From the NCBI GenBank assembly GCA_905178155.1, contig CAJINV010000007.1, positions 2,337,151-2,401,150 of the forward strand: a stretch of 64,000 nt of DNA, written 5' to 3'. Under the pieces are notes generated by a model that did not search any database, had not been told where the DNA came from, and saw only the letters and a list, made by a program, of their open reading frames with translations. The position numbers and the translations under genes are program-made. Source of the DNA: Amoebophrya sp. A120 (lineage: Eukaryota; Protista; Dinoflagellata). Positions 51,601 through 60,821 of the stretch are shown here, in pieces (within the stretch, counting starts at the first letter, position 1; every line of letters begins with the position of its first letter).

Positions 51601-54600
51601 GGTCAGCTTTGCAAGCAGCAGGAGCAGCGGTTTTATTTGCTGCGCTAGTGGTGGCCGTTGTTCCCGGCGCGGCGTTGCTCCACGCGTTCAGAGTTTGCTG
51701 GAAGGCGGCGTCGCCGGCCGCGGAGGGGGAAACGCGCGGTGTTTTACTGGGCATCACAGACCCCTGCTGCGTGACTCGCGCCGGCAGAGCGGGCGAGGAC
51801 GCCGCGGGTTCGTCTTCTTCGCCGTGCCCGGTGGTTTGGATGATAAACTTCGCCAATTTGTCCACGTTCGCGCCCTCGATCAGAAAGTTGCCGTCGTTCA
51901 TGTTGGTGCCAAACGTGCGGTCGAGTTGCAGGAACAAATCCGTGATGGACAACGAGTCCAGCCCCAACTCCTGAAGACTCCGGAACTCGTCATCGGTGTC
52001 TACCCCCATGATCCGGATCAACTCGAACAATTTCCGGTGGACCCGTCGGGAGGACAACTTCTCCGGCTCCGACGCCATGGACATGGTGCTCGCCACGGTT
52101 TTCATCCGCGGCGCTGGGTTGAAGCTGGGGATGTCGCGGTGCTCCATCGGGATGGCTATGCATCGCAAAAGTACTATCGTACATAGATACGTAAAACTTG
52201 CATCACATCAAATTTTGGCAGGAAAAAAGTCAGAGTGGGTATCCGATCTTACCTCGTTTTAATACCAGTTGAATTTGTAGTGCGGATGGGATTAGAATTT
52301 GTTCTTTAAGTCTGCTGGATGCAAGGCTGCACAAACATCTACGTCCACGAAAGTACTTTTGCAGGGGATAATGTCTTCGTTTGTACAAGAAGCGGAGGAA
52401 CTCGAGCGGGTTGTGATGCCCGTTCCAGTCTGGATCACTCTGTCCGGATCGGAATTTTCCCCATTGCTCAACACCACATACGATTCCGTGGTCACACCCG
52501 AGTCACTGGGTGCGCGGGACCGGTCTGGATCCGGAATCGCCAGAGCCGGGAGTTTCTTCGTAATCCACAAGATCGTCGAGTTCGGCGTTTGCTCGGACAT
52601 CAAAGGTAGCTCCTCGCCGAAGGAAACTTTTTTCTCCCCCGCGAACCCGAGCAGGACGTGCGCGTTGCTGCCGCCGAACCCGAAGGAGCTAACCCCCACA
52701 TTCTTGATCTTCGCTTTCTCCGCCTTGCTCGACGGGATTTTGATCCAGTCCGGGCACTTCAACCCCGGGTTTAAGACGTTCAGCAGCGGGTTCCCGTACA
52801 CCGTTTGGTTCTGTAACGTCAGCAACGCCCGCAAGACCCCGGTGACCCCGGCCGCGGACTCCAAGTGCCCGACGTTGGCCTTGGCGGAACCGAGATACAG
52901 CGGGGTTGTTCTCTCCTGTTCTGCGATGGAAAAAGCCCTTTTGATCCCGTCCAGTTCGATGGGGTCGCCGATTCTCGTCCCCGTGCCGTGACACTCCAAG
53001 TAGTCCAGATCTTCGAACTTCAAGCCCGCGTTGCCGAACGCCGCCAGCAACAACTCCGACTGCGCCTTCGCGGAGGGCACCGTGATCAAGGGTGAGTGCC
53101 CGTTGTGGTTCGAGGCCCCTCCTAAAATCTGCCCGTAGAACTGGGACTTGTCCAGCAAGTCTACGGTGGATCGTCCCCCTCGTGTCAAGACGAACACCAC
53201 ACACCCCTCCGAGCGCACATACCCGTCCGCCTGGTCGTCAAAGGTCCGGCACCGCTGGCTGTCGCCCAGGAAGCCGCCGCGCTTCATGCGCTGCGTGAAC
53301 TCCGGGTCGTAGATCACGTTCACGCCACCGACGATCGCGTAATCGATCTTCCCCAATCGGAAGTCGTCCACCGCCCGGCACATGCACTCCAACGAACTCG
53401 CACACGCGGTGTTGAGCACGACGGACGGCCCGCGGCAGTCGAAGTGGGAGGAGATCCGCGCGGAGATAATCGACGGATTGGAGCCGACCACGTCGTAGGC
53501 CGAGTCCCGGTTGCCCAAGAAGTCCTGGTTCCAAACCCCGAAGTACACGCCCGTTCGCGGTCCCTGCAGTAATTTCGGATCGATCTTGCTGTCCTTCACC
53601 GCCCGGTCCGCGGTGAACAGCGCGAGTTGTTGTTGGGGATCCAGGTTTTTCGCCTCGTTCACTCGCATTTGGAATTTCGAGTAGTCAAACGGGAACGGTT
53701 CCATGTACCCGCACTGCAGGTCGCTGAACCCCTTCGGGTTTGCGTGCGTCACGGCGTCGCCGTTCTTCTCGAAGAATTGGAGCGCTTCCTTCGCGGAAGA
53801 AATCTTCCCGGGGAGCCAACACCCGATACCGGAGACCAAGACCGAGCAGGAGGTGGCGTTGTAGCACCCGGAGTTCGCTTCTTCGACGCAGTCGGTCACG
53901 CCCTTCAAACGGTACTTGTGACACAGGTCGTCGAGCGTCAGGTAGCTGTAGAAGTCGTTCGGCTGCAGTTTCGGGAAGTACTTCTTCAGCCCGGTCGCGA
54001 GCTGCGTTAACGACAAGCTGGTTAACCCCTGGGAGAGCCAGTTCATTTCCGGGTTCAAGTCCGCGTGCCCGAACTCGGCCAACAACTTGTCAAAAAACAG
54101 ATCTTCGTCGGTGATTTTGTGCCTCTGCTGCAGGATGAAAAAGGTGGAGCACGTCTCTACCCGACTCATACACGGGACGATTTTCGACTTCTCTTTAGAG
54201 GAACTGCTCGCTTGGAAAAACGACGCCAGCGTCGGGTGCGCGCCGACTTCGAGGATTTTGTCACAGCTATCCGCCACCGTGTCCAGCAGGACAGACACGT
54301 CCACCGGGTGAATCAACCAGTGGCGCCAGTAGGTCTCGATCTGGAACTGCACGGTCCCGTCGTTGACCCCATCATAGCTGATTTTTTTCATCGCGGAAGA
54401 GGAGTAAAACGAGCCGGATCTGATGTTTTTCAGCGTCGGGAACTTCACCGGGGCGGACTTCGCGCAATCCGGATGGTGCCAGCAGTGGCGAACTTTTAGT
54501 TTTTTCGGGTTTTTCTCTGCGTACTCGCTCTGAAACTTCTCGTAGCTGTTATCATTGCCCTGGCCGCAGAACGTTTTGTGCACCAAATTGGGGTCGGTTG

Positions 54601-55267
54601 CGTGCGGGAAGTTCGTTGACGCGAGGTGGAAGTTTCGGTTGCTTTTGGTAACCAACGAAAAGTCGTTCTTGTCGAAAAAACCGCCCGCCATCCAGCCGTT
54701 GGTGTGCGCCTTCATGGAATCCGCAATCCACTGAGCGATCTGCCGGACATCTTCCAATTCCGGGAGGATTCCGCTCGCGTAGAACGCGGCCAGTTCACCG
54801 AGCGAGTGCGCCGCGACGCCGGCAGAGAGGGGATTATCCTTCTTCGGTAGCAAATCCCAACACTCCTCACTGGTCCACAAGTCATACAGGGAGGTTTGGA
54901 GCGCGACGAGAAACAAAACCTCCCGCTCCGTGTCGCTCACAGCGTGCTTCAAATACGGCTGCCACCATTTCCAGGTCGGCGTGTCCTCCAGGAAAGCAAC
55001 GTCCTCCGAGAAATCCTCGCTGCAGACACCCACGCCCGTGAAGAAGTAGGCCCAGGTGCCCGGGACCGGGCTCTTGCTTTTACTCGCCATGGTCTTTGGC
55101 TTATTTGATTCTGTAGTGATTTCTTTTTGGTAGTTGATAATTTTCAAAACTTCAGGTGAGGAGAGCGGTTGTTGGCTCCCGGTCGTGTGCTCACCGCCAC
55201 CACCTTGTTTCAAAGGTCTACTATACGTAGAGTAGTTTGATGAAAGGTCGTTTTGTGCTTGCATCAT
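45689..55267 (-). CDS. Hybrid multidomain enzyme: acyltransferase - ACP - ketosynthase - ACP - MetE/epoxyalkane:CoM-transferase-like Zn domain - unknown linker - flavin monooxygenase (FMO/BVMO-like); ~2,196 aa, 12 exons
   Basis: AT: AAHSLGE, RHCWHH. ACP1: SQGLTSL. KS: LDPQQQL, NTACASSL, ECHGTGTRIGDPIE, KANVGHLESAAG, SSFGFGGSNAH. ACP2: ELGLDSL. MetE-like: TTHVGSLPR, INDGE, QVDCPDLA, VHICWGNY, IENANPRH, AGTDCGF. FMO: VVIGAGLTG, EKNDHIGGIW, VVIVGMGAFA. Eight TIR/DR introns plus three GT-AG introns (49527-49925, 47079-47567, 46746-46954) total 2,988 bp; 9,579-2,988 = 6,591 nt = 2,197 codons. The 49527-49925 junction is the least certain. Confidence 0.8.
45953..46270. mobile_element. Introner-like intron (318 bp + DR gcaag/gcaat)
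   Basis: TIR tatgcattgcaaatat … atatttgcattggata. Removing 323 bp gives WSDYIAGLDVCF. Confidence 0.83.
47160..47520. repeat. Degenerate array of ~20-bp palindromes (TTTCAACC-NN-GGTTGAAAA-like) inside a GT-AG intron
   Basis: About ten variants, e.g. tttcaaacttggttgaaaa, tttcgaccttggttgaaaa, cttcaacctgggttgaag, tttcaacccaggttgagaa, ttccaaacccaggttgaaaa. Confidence 0.7.
48295..48483. mobile_element. Introner-like intron (189 bp + DR ccgta/ccgtt)
   Basis: TIR tatgcatagcaaaagta … tacttttgcaatgcata. Removing 194 bp gives LPTNQTVVFDKIR. Confidence 0.85.
48558..48883. mobile_element. Introner-like intron (326 bp + DR AGACG)
   Basis: ~36-bp TIR catcaaaaggaaaaatcccccctccctatatc … gatatgggcaggggagatttttccttttgata. 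Removing 331 bp gives EMQMRVLLKNLEH. Confidence 0.88.
49055..49279. mobile_element. Introner-like intron (225 bp + DR GTGAC)
   Basis: TIR tatgcaagaaaaaaactgcgtaagtgtaa … ttacacttacacagattttttcctggata. Removing 230 bp gives QLEIRHVPDW. Confidence 0.88.
49319..49468. mobile_element. Introner-like intron (150 bp + DR GGTTT); inverted copy of the 50615-50764 element
   Basis: TIR tatcctgtgcaaaagtatcg … cgatgcttttgcaatgcata. Removing 155 bp gives LYWFGEKPLRNLP. Its reverse complement aligns end to end with 50615-50764. Confidence 0.88.
50111..50389. mobile_element. Introner-like intron (279 bp + DR GCGCC); same TIR family as the midasin 24761-25045 element
   Basis: TIR tatggtgagcaaaaacgtccccaccccagagt … actctggggtgggaacgtttttactcaggata. 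Removing 284 bp rebuilds VESAQLIAQRICKLAQVVGPDRVKAGTDCGF. Confidence 0.92.
50615..50764. mobile_element. Introner-like intron (150 bp + DR CACTT)
   Basis: TIR tatgcattgcaaaagtatcgtact … agtacgatacttttgcacaggata. Removing 155 bp rebuilds the Zn-ligand motif EKVRVHICWGNY. Confidence 0.92.
52157..52370. mobile_element. Introner-like intron (214 bp + DR atggc/atgtc) joining the KS exon to the ACP-MetE exon
   Basis: TIR tatgcatcgcaaaagtactatcgt … acgaaagtacttttgcaggggata. Removing 219 bp (73 codons) removes the stop between two same-frame ORFs (…CTNEDIPMEHRD…). Confidence 0.85.
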
Positions 55268-55973
55268 GCAATTACAAAGGGTCGTATGTAGTCAAAAAAT
55301 GTTCGAGCGCCGCCGTGCTTTAAACAAGTACGCACTTCAGCGCGAACATGCAGAGAAACGTTCAGAAATATGCTTCTTGCCGGCGTAAAGGTGTAAAGTG
55401 ACCGTGTTTCTTCTTCGCATCCATATGCGCTCAATCAGAAAAGTTATACCGATTTTGTTTCATTGTTTTATAGTCACGCGTGGAATGATGTGTCATGCTG
55501 TGGCTTCGATGCAAAATAGAAATATTGCATGGTTTGGTACCAACATACTGCGAGAACAATTACAAGTCCTTATCTCCTCCACCTCTCTCAGATAAAGACC
55601 AAATTCTTATGAAATCAATGCTTGTACCGACTTCGATTGGTTGTCCTTTCTTCCGTTTTTCATCATCGTTTGTTTTTGCATTTGCATCTCGATTAGCAAC
55701 AAGTACATCTCTCCCCCGTCGCTCACTCGTAAGGACTCTCGCGTCACACGCGCACTTCTAGATCGCCATTTTCCGACTCTCAATTCAGCATCGACTATAG
55801 TAGCGATAGACAATCCCTTCGTTCCCCGATAGAATGAACACAGCAGGGGACTGCGCGGGAACCGACGCGTTCTTTGAGGAGCTACTATTCTAACTTAAGT
55901 CTTCTGCTTCTGATTTTTTTCATTTGGCCTAAAGTAATCATAGTGCCTGACGTGTCTTGCATGCAGAAGATTT

Positions 55974-58291
55974 CTACTCTTGTTGCGCAGAAGAAGAAGT
56001 TGACACTACACCATGAGCATTCCTCTCCAAATACCGATAGTACGCTTTCATGTCAATGCCTCTGATTTGCACAAAGTAAGGTAAATTTGGGTGGTAGAAG
56101 CGCTGCGTTTGCGATACGTCATCGCCAAACATCAGAGGCCAGAAGTTCATCAAATGTTGGCATGGGTAGCGACACACCCGATCGTACCAGGTCGCGACCG
56201 GGACGGCTACTTCTCCATCCTTGCGCAGCCGCAAACTGGCACTTGGGCGAGGAACTGCAGAGCTGGCTTTGCCGGAAGTTTCGTCGTTTTGGAAGATCAG
56301 CGCTTCTTTTATCGTCCCCTTGGCGGCTGGTGAAGATCTTGATGTTGTGCTTGGCATTTTATTTCTGCTTGATGTTGTCCAAAACCTCTTCTCCAAAGAC
56401 ACGGACAGCATGTCTGTGTAACTCTCGTAACTCGTCATGTACCGCCAGAAATCCGCGTAAAACGCCGCACTCCTCCGCAACAGCGCCGCGGTTGGCGCGA
56501 CGAAGTGCGCACAGCAGTAGAATTTCAGCCCATTCTCGTCGGGAGGCACCGAGCTGTGGAAGAGCTGCGTGAAAAACCGCTGCCAAATCCCGTCTTCCAG
56601 AAGCCGTTCGGAGTCGATGTAGGAGATGAAGTTCTGCGTCAAGTAGAGCACGGGAACGATGGCACCAATTGTTAGTTGTGGAGAAGTTTTTAGACCAGTA
56701 TCATCTTCATGTGCTCGAGTGCCACTGCTCCGCCCGCCCTCGACAACTGTGCTGATTGCATCCGCAGCGACAGCCTGGTTATCTTCCGCTGTGGAGCCGA
56801 AGTCTTGCGTCTCAGTGGTGACTGCGATCCAATGTTCAGGCTTCACGTCCACGAGTTTCGTTTGCCAGAAGGCACGATGCTGCTCGTCCCGGTTTCTATT
56901 GGCTTCATGGGAATTTTTCCTACCAGCCGGAAGAACGTCAGAAGGTAGGGCTTCGCCCGCTTCTTCCAAAATGATCTCCGACGACGCCGCTGTGAAATCC
57001 TTGTCCGCCACCACCCGCACAGCATTAAAGTCGTTCCAAGACTGTTCAACCGTGAACGCCTGAAGTAATTGTGACAACAACTGCACCGAAGGGAGCACGT
57101 GGTTTACCGCGTCCGCGTGGAGGAAGAAAGTGGCGGATTTTGCGAAGGATTTGTGGACCGAAAAAAGCATCAAATGGGTGAGATACGCGGAGCACTCATC
57201 CGACCTGATGTCTTCGACCACATCTGCTATCCGGAAGACCCCATTTTCAGCGAAGTCGAAATCGGAAGTCGGGACGGGCAGTTCTGAAGGCTGGCTGTTT
57301 TGTTCAACATGATCTTCGCAGCTGTTGCGCGTCGTGGAAGAAGAGGAATTATCTTCGCAGGAGCCGACAAACTCTTTGAAGGAGATCCGGTTCCACCGGA
57401 GTTGCCCTGGTGTCGTGTGGTCTTCTTCTACAAAGCCTCCTTGGTTTTGGTTTATCTGCTGATCGTCTGACACATCATGATTATCAGCGCCATTATTTTG
57501 TCCGTTGCTGCCATTCGCCATGATGTCCTGATTTTTGTTCCTTTCCAGTGCCACCGCTGCGTTCCACACGTTTCCACTCTTCGCCACAATGTTCGAATTC
57601 GCAGCGCTGTAGTCGGAAGTTGGGTCTTCTGGTACATCTTTTAAGATGCGATAATCTGACGCAGCCCCACCTGGTCCACGTGTGGTAGTTTTTCCCTGTC
57701 GTCGTGAAGGGGGCGAATCTACTTCCACACCGTCCAGTAGCAACGCATTGATCCGCCTGACCACCTGTTGATTTTCTTCTGACATCCCGCGAAACAAGCA
57801 TTTCCGGTACAGAAAGATCCGGATCACCTTTCCCTTTCCCCGAAACTTCGCTTCCTCTGCGTAAAGAAGGTCCTCCAACCAGGATAAGTCCTCTTTGCAG
57901 AAAGAGAGAGCGAAGTCCACGAGTGCGGCGGCGGAAGGTTCTTGTGTAGCTGCAGAGAACCCAGATACGGCTTCTACTTGCGAAGGTTCTTCTTGCTCTT
58001 GCGCAGGGAGCTCTTCTTCTTCTGCGGTCTTCGGATGTAGGTCGTCCGGCGACGGTGTTGGGCCGCTGTTTGCTTCCCCGCCAGCCGGAACAACACCACC
58101 GCCTTGCTCTGAGTTCTCCACAACTTCTTGTATTTGTGCATTCCGATGCATCAAGCGCCATTCGTTCTCCAGCTCTCGTGCGTCTTTCAGCTCCTTCGCA
58201 ACAAGATTCGGAAACACGAGCGGGCGAAGCTCGCGGAATCGTTTGTCCAGATACCAAACCTCCCTTGCCTCTTCCTCTGAGATCCGGGCTT
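55974..58291 (-). CDS. DUF3431-like protein, large 3' exon
   Basis: Motifs resembling DUF3431 from memory: VDFALSFCKEDLSWL, IFLYRKC, DECSAYLTHL, TFFLHAD, FYCCAHFVAPTAALLRRSAAFY, separated by long low-complexity inserts. The frame stays open upstream of the listed GTG to ~58310. Confidence 0.6.
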
Positions 58292-58459
58292 TATGGAAGT
58301 GGAAAACGGAAGTGAGTCAGGCGAAGATATTGATATAAACGAAACTCGTCAAAAGCCATAAGCATAAATTACGTTCCAAAGAGCGTGCGACAGAAGATGC
58401 CGATCGATCGATTGCGGCCTGTGTCATGTGCTTCTTCTCGATGCCGAAAATGCCTCCCG

Positions 58460-60821
58460 TCGAATCGCTTGCCCGACGCTGTGCTCGCCCAATAAGCTGC
58501 CCCGGGGAATCCTTGCAGGGCCCGGGCCAAGCCAACAGGCAATACCAAAAACGCGTCTTGTGCAAAACACATGCCCGATGGCATGCGGCCCAAAGAAGGC
58601 GCCCCGGGCGAGTCCCAAACGAGCCGCCCCAGAGCAAATTGCAAACAATCAACCAGAACCCCCCCGGCGAATCGCTTGCCCGGCGCTGTGCTCGCCCAAT
58701 AAACTGCGTGCCCCGCGGAATCCCGGCGGGGCCCGGGCCAAGCCGACCGGCATTACCAAAAACGCGTCTTGTGCAAAACACTTGCCCGATTGTATGCGGC
58801 CCAAAGAAAGAGGGCGCCCTGGGCGAGTCCCAAACGAGCCGCCCCACAGCAAATTGCAAACAACCGAAATCCGCACCGGCGAATCGCTTGCCTGACGCTG
58901 TGCTCGCCCAATAAGCTGCCCCTGGGAATCCCGGCGGGGCCGGGGCCAAGCCAACAGGCAATACCAAAAACGCGTCTTGTGCAAAACACTTGCCCGATGG
59001 TATGCGGCCCAAAGAAAGAAGGCACCCTGCGCGAGTCCCAAGCGAGCCGCTCCAGAGCAAATTGCAAACAACCAAAATTCTCCCCGGCGAATCGCTTGCC
59101 CGACGCTGTGCTCGCCCAATAAGCTGCCCCGGGGAATCCCGGCTGGGCCCGGGCCAAGCCGATCTGCATCACCAAAAACACGTCTTGTGCAAAACACTTG
59201 CCCGATGGTATGCGGCCCAAAGAAAGAAGGCACCCTGCGCGAGTCCCAAACGAGCCGCCCAGAGCAAATTGCAAACAACCGGAATCCCCCCCCGGCGAAT
59301 CGAATCGCTTGCCCGACGCTGTGCTCGCCCAATAAGCTGCCCCGGGGAATCCCGGCGGGGCCCGGGCCAAGCCGGCCGGCATTACCAAAAACGCGTCTTG
59401 TGCAAAACACTTGCCCGATGGTAGGCGGCCCAAAGAAGGCGCCCTGGGCGAGTCCCAAACGAGCCGCCCCACCGCAAATTGCGAACAAGCAAAATCGTCT
59501 CCGACGAATCGCTTGCCCGACGCTGTGCTCGCCAAAAGAGCTGCCCCGATGAATCCCGGCGGGGCCCGGGCGGGCCAGGCCGGCGGACAATACGACGAAA
59601 AACGCGTCTTGTGCAAAACACTTGCCCGATGGTATGCGGCCCAAAGAAGGCGCCCTGGGCGAGTCTTAAACGAGCCGCCCCAGAGCAAATTGCAAACAAC
59701 CAACATCCCCCCCGGCGAATCGCTTGCCCGACGCTGTGCTCGCCCAAAAAGCTGCCCCGGGATATCGTGGCGGGGCCCGGGCTAAGCGAACAGGCAATAC
59801 CAAAAACGCGTCCTGTGCAAAACACTTGCCCGATGGTATGCGGCCCAAAGAAGGCGCCCTGGGCGAGTCCCGAACGAGCCGCCCCACCGCAAATTGCAAA
59901 CAACCAAAATCCCCCTCGGCGAATCGCTTGCCCGACACTGTGCTCGCCCGATAAGCGGCCCCGGGGCATCCTGGCGAGGCCCGGGCCAAGCCAACAGGCA
60001 ATACCAAAAACGCGTCTTGTGCAAAACACTTGCCCGAGGGTATGCGGCCCAAAGAAGGCGCCCCGGGCGAGTCCCAAACGAGCCGCCCCGCAACGAATTG
60101 CAAACAACCAAAATCCCCCCGGCGAATCGCCCGACGCTGTGCTCGCCCAATAAGCGGCCTCGGGGAATCCTGGCGGGGCCCGGCCCCGGGCCAAGCCAAC
60201 AGGCAATACCAAAACTGCGTCTTGCGCAAAACACTTGCCCGATGGTATGCTGCCCAAAGAAGGCACCCTGAGCGAGTCCCAAACGGCCCGCCCCAGAGCA
60301 AATTGCAAACCACCAAAATCCCCCCCGGCGAATCGCTTGCCCGACGCTGTGCTCGCCCAATAAGCTGCCCCGGGGAAAAATACTGGCGGGGCCCGGGCAA
60401 AGCCGACCGGCATTACCAAAAACGCGTCTTGTGCAAAACACGTGCCCGATGGTATGCAATCCAAAGAAGGAGCCCGGGGCGAGTCCCAAACGAGCCACCC
60501 CACAACAAATTACAATGAACAGAATCGTCTCCGACGAATCGCTTGCCCGACGCTGTGGTCGCCCAAAAAGCTGCCCCGGTGAATCCCGGCGGCGCCCCGG
60601 TCCGGCCAACGGGCGGTACCAAAAACGCGTCCTGTGCAAAACGCTTGCCCGATGGTGTGCGGCCCAAAAAAGACGCCCTGGACGGGTCCCAATCCCAAAC
60701 GAGCCGCCTTGCCGCAGATTGGAATTCCGAACAACTCAAATCCCTCCCCGACGAGTCGCTTGCCCGACGCTGTGCTCGCCAAAAAAAGCTACCCCGTAGA
60801 ATCAATCCCGGCGGGGCCGGG
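58460..60821. repeat. GC-rich tandem satellite, unit ~203-217 bp, 11 full copies plus an interrupted twelfth (remainder at ~63101-63210)
   Basis: gaatcgcttgcccgacgctgtgctcgccc… recurs at about 58462, 58669, 58881, 59089, 59302, 59506, 59717, 59921, 60124, 60330, 60536 and 60753. Each full unit also carries aaaaacgcgtcttgtgcaaaacacttgcccgatgg or a close variant. Confidence 0.95.

Noticed and set aside
50717-52168. Calling the Zn domain a true methionine synthase (metE)
   Set aside because: Only the single catalytic barrel is present, with no N-terminal folate-binding barrel, and it is embedded in a PKS fusion. Substrate unknown, so no gene symbol was given.
45689-55267. Bacterial-style operon, or frameshifted pseudogenes of separate PKS, metE and monooxygenase genes
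   Set aside because: Each break coincides with a TIR/DR element or GT-AG intron whose removal restores one frame, and catalytic residues are intact.
58460-60821. CRISPR array
   Set aside because: Whole units repeat with no unique spacers, no cas genes are present, and the context is eukaryotic.
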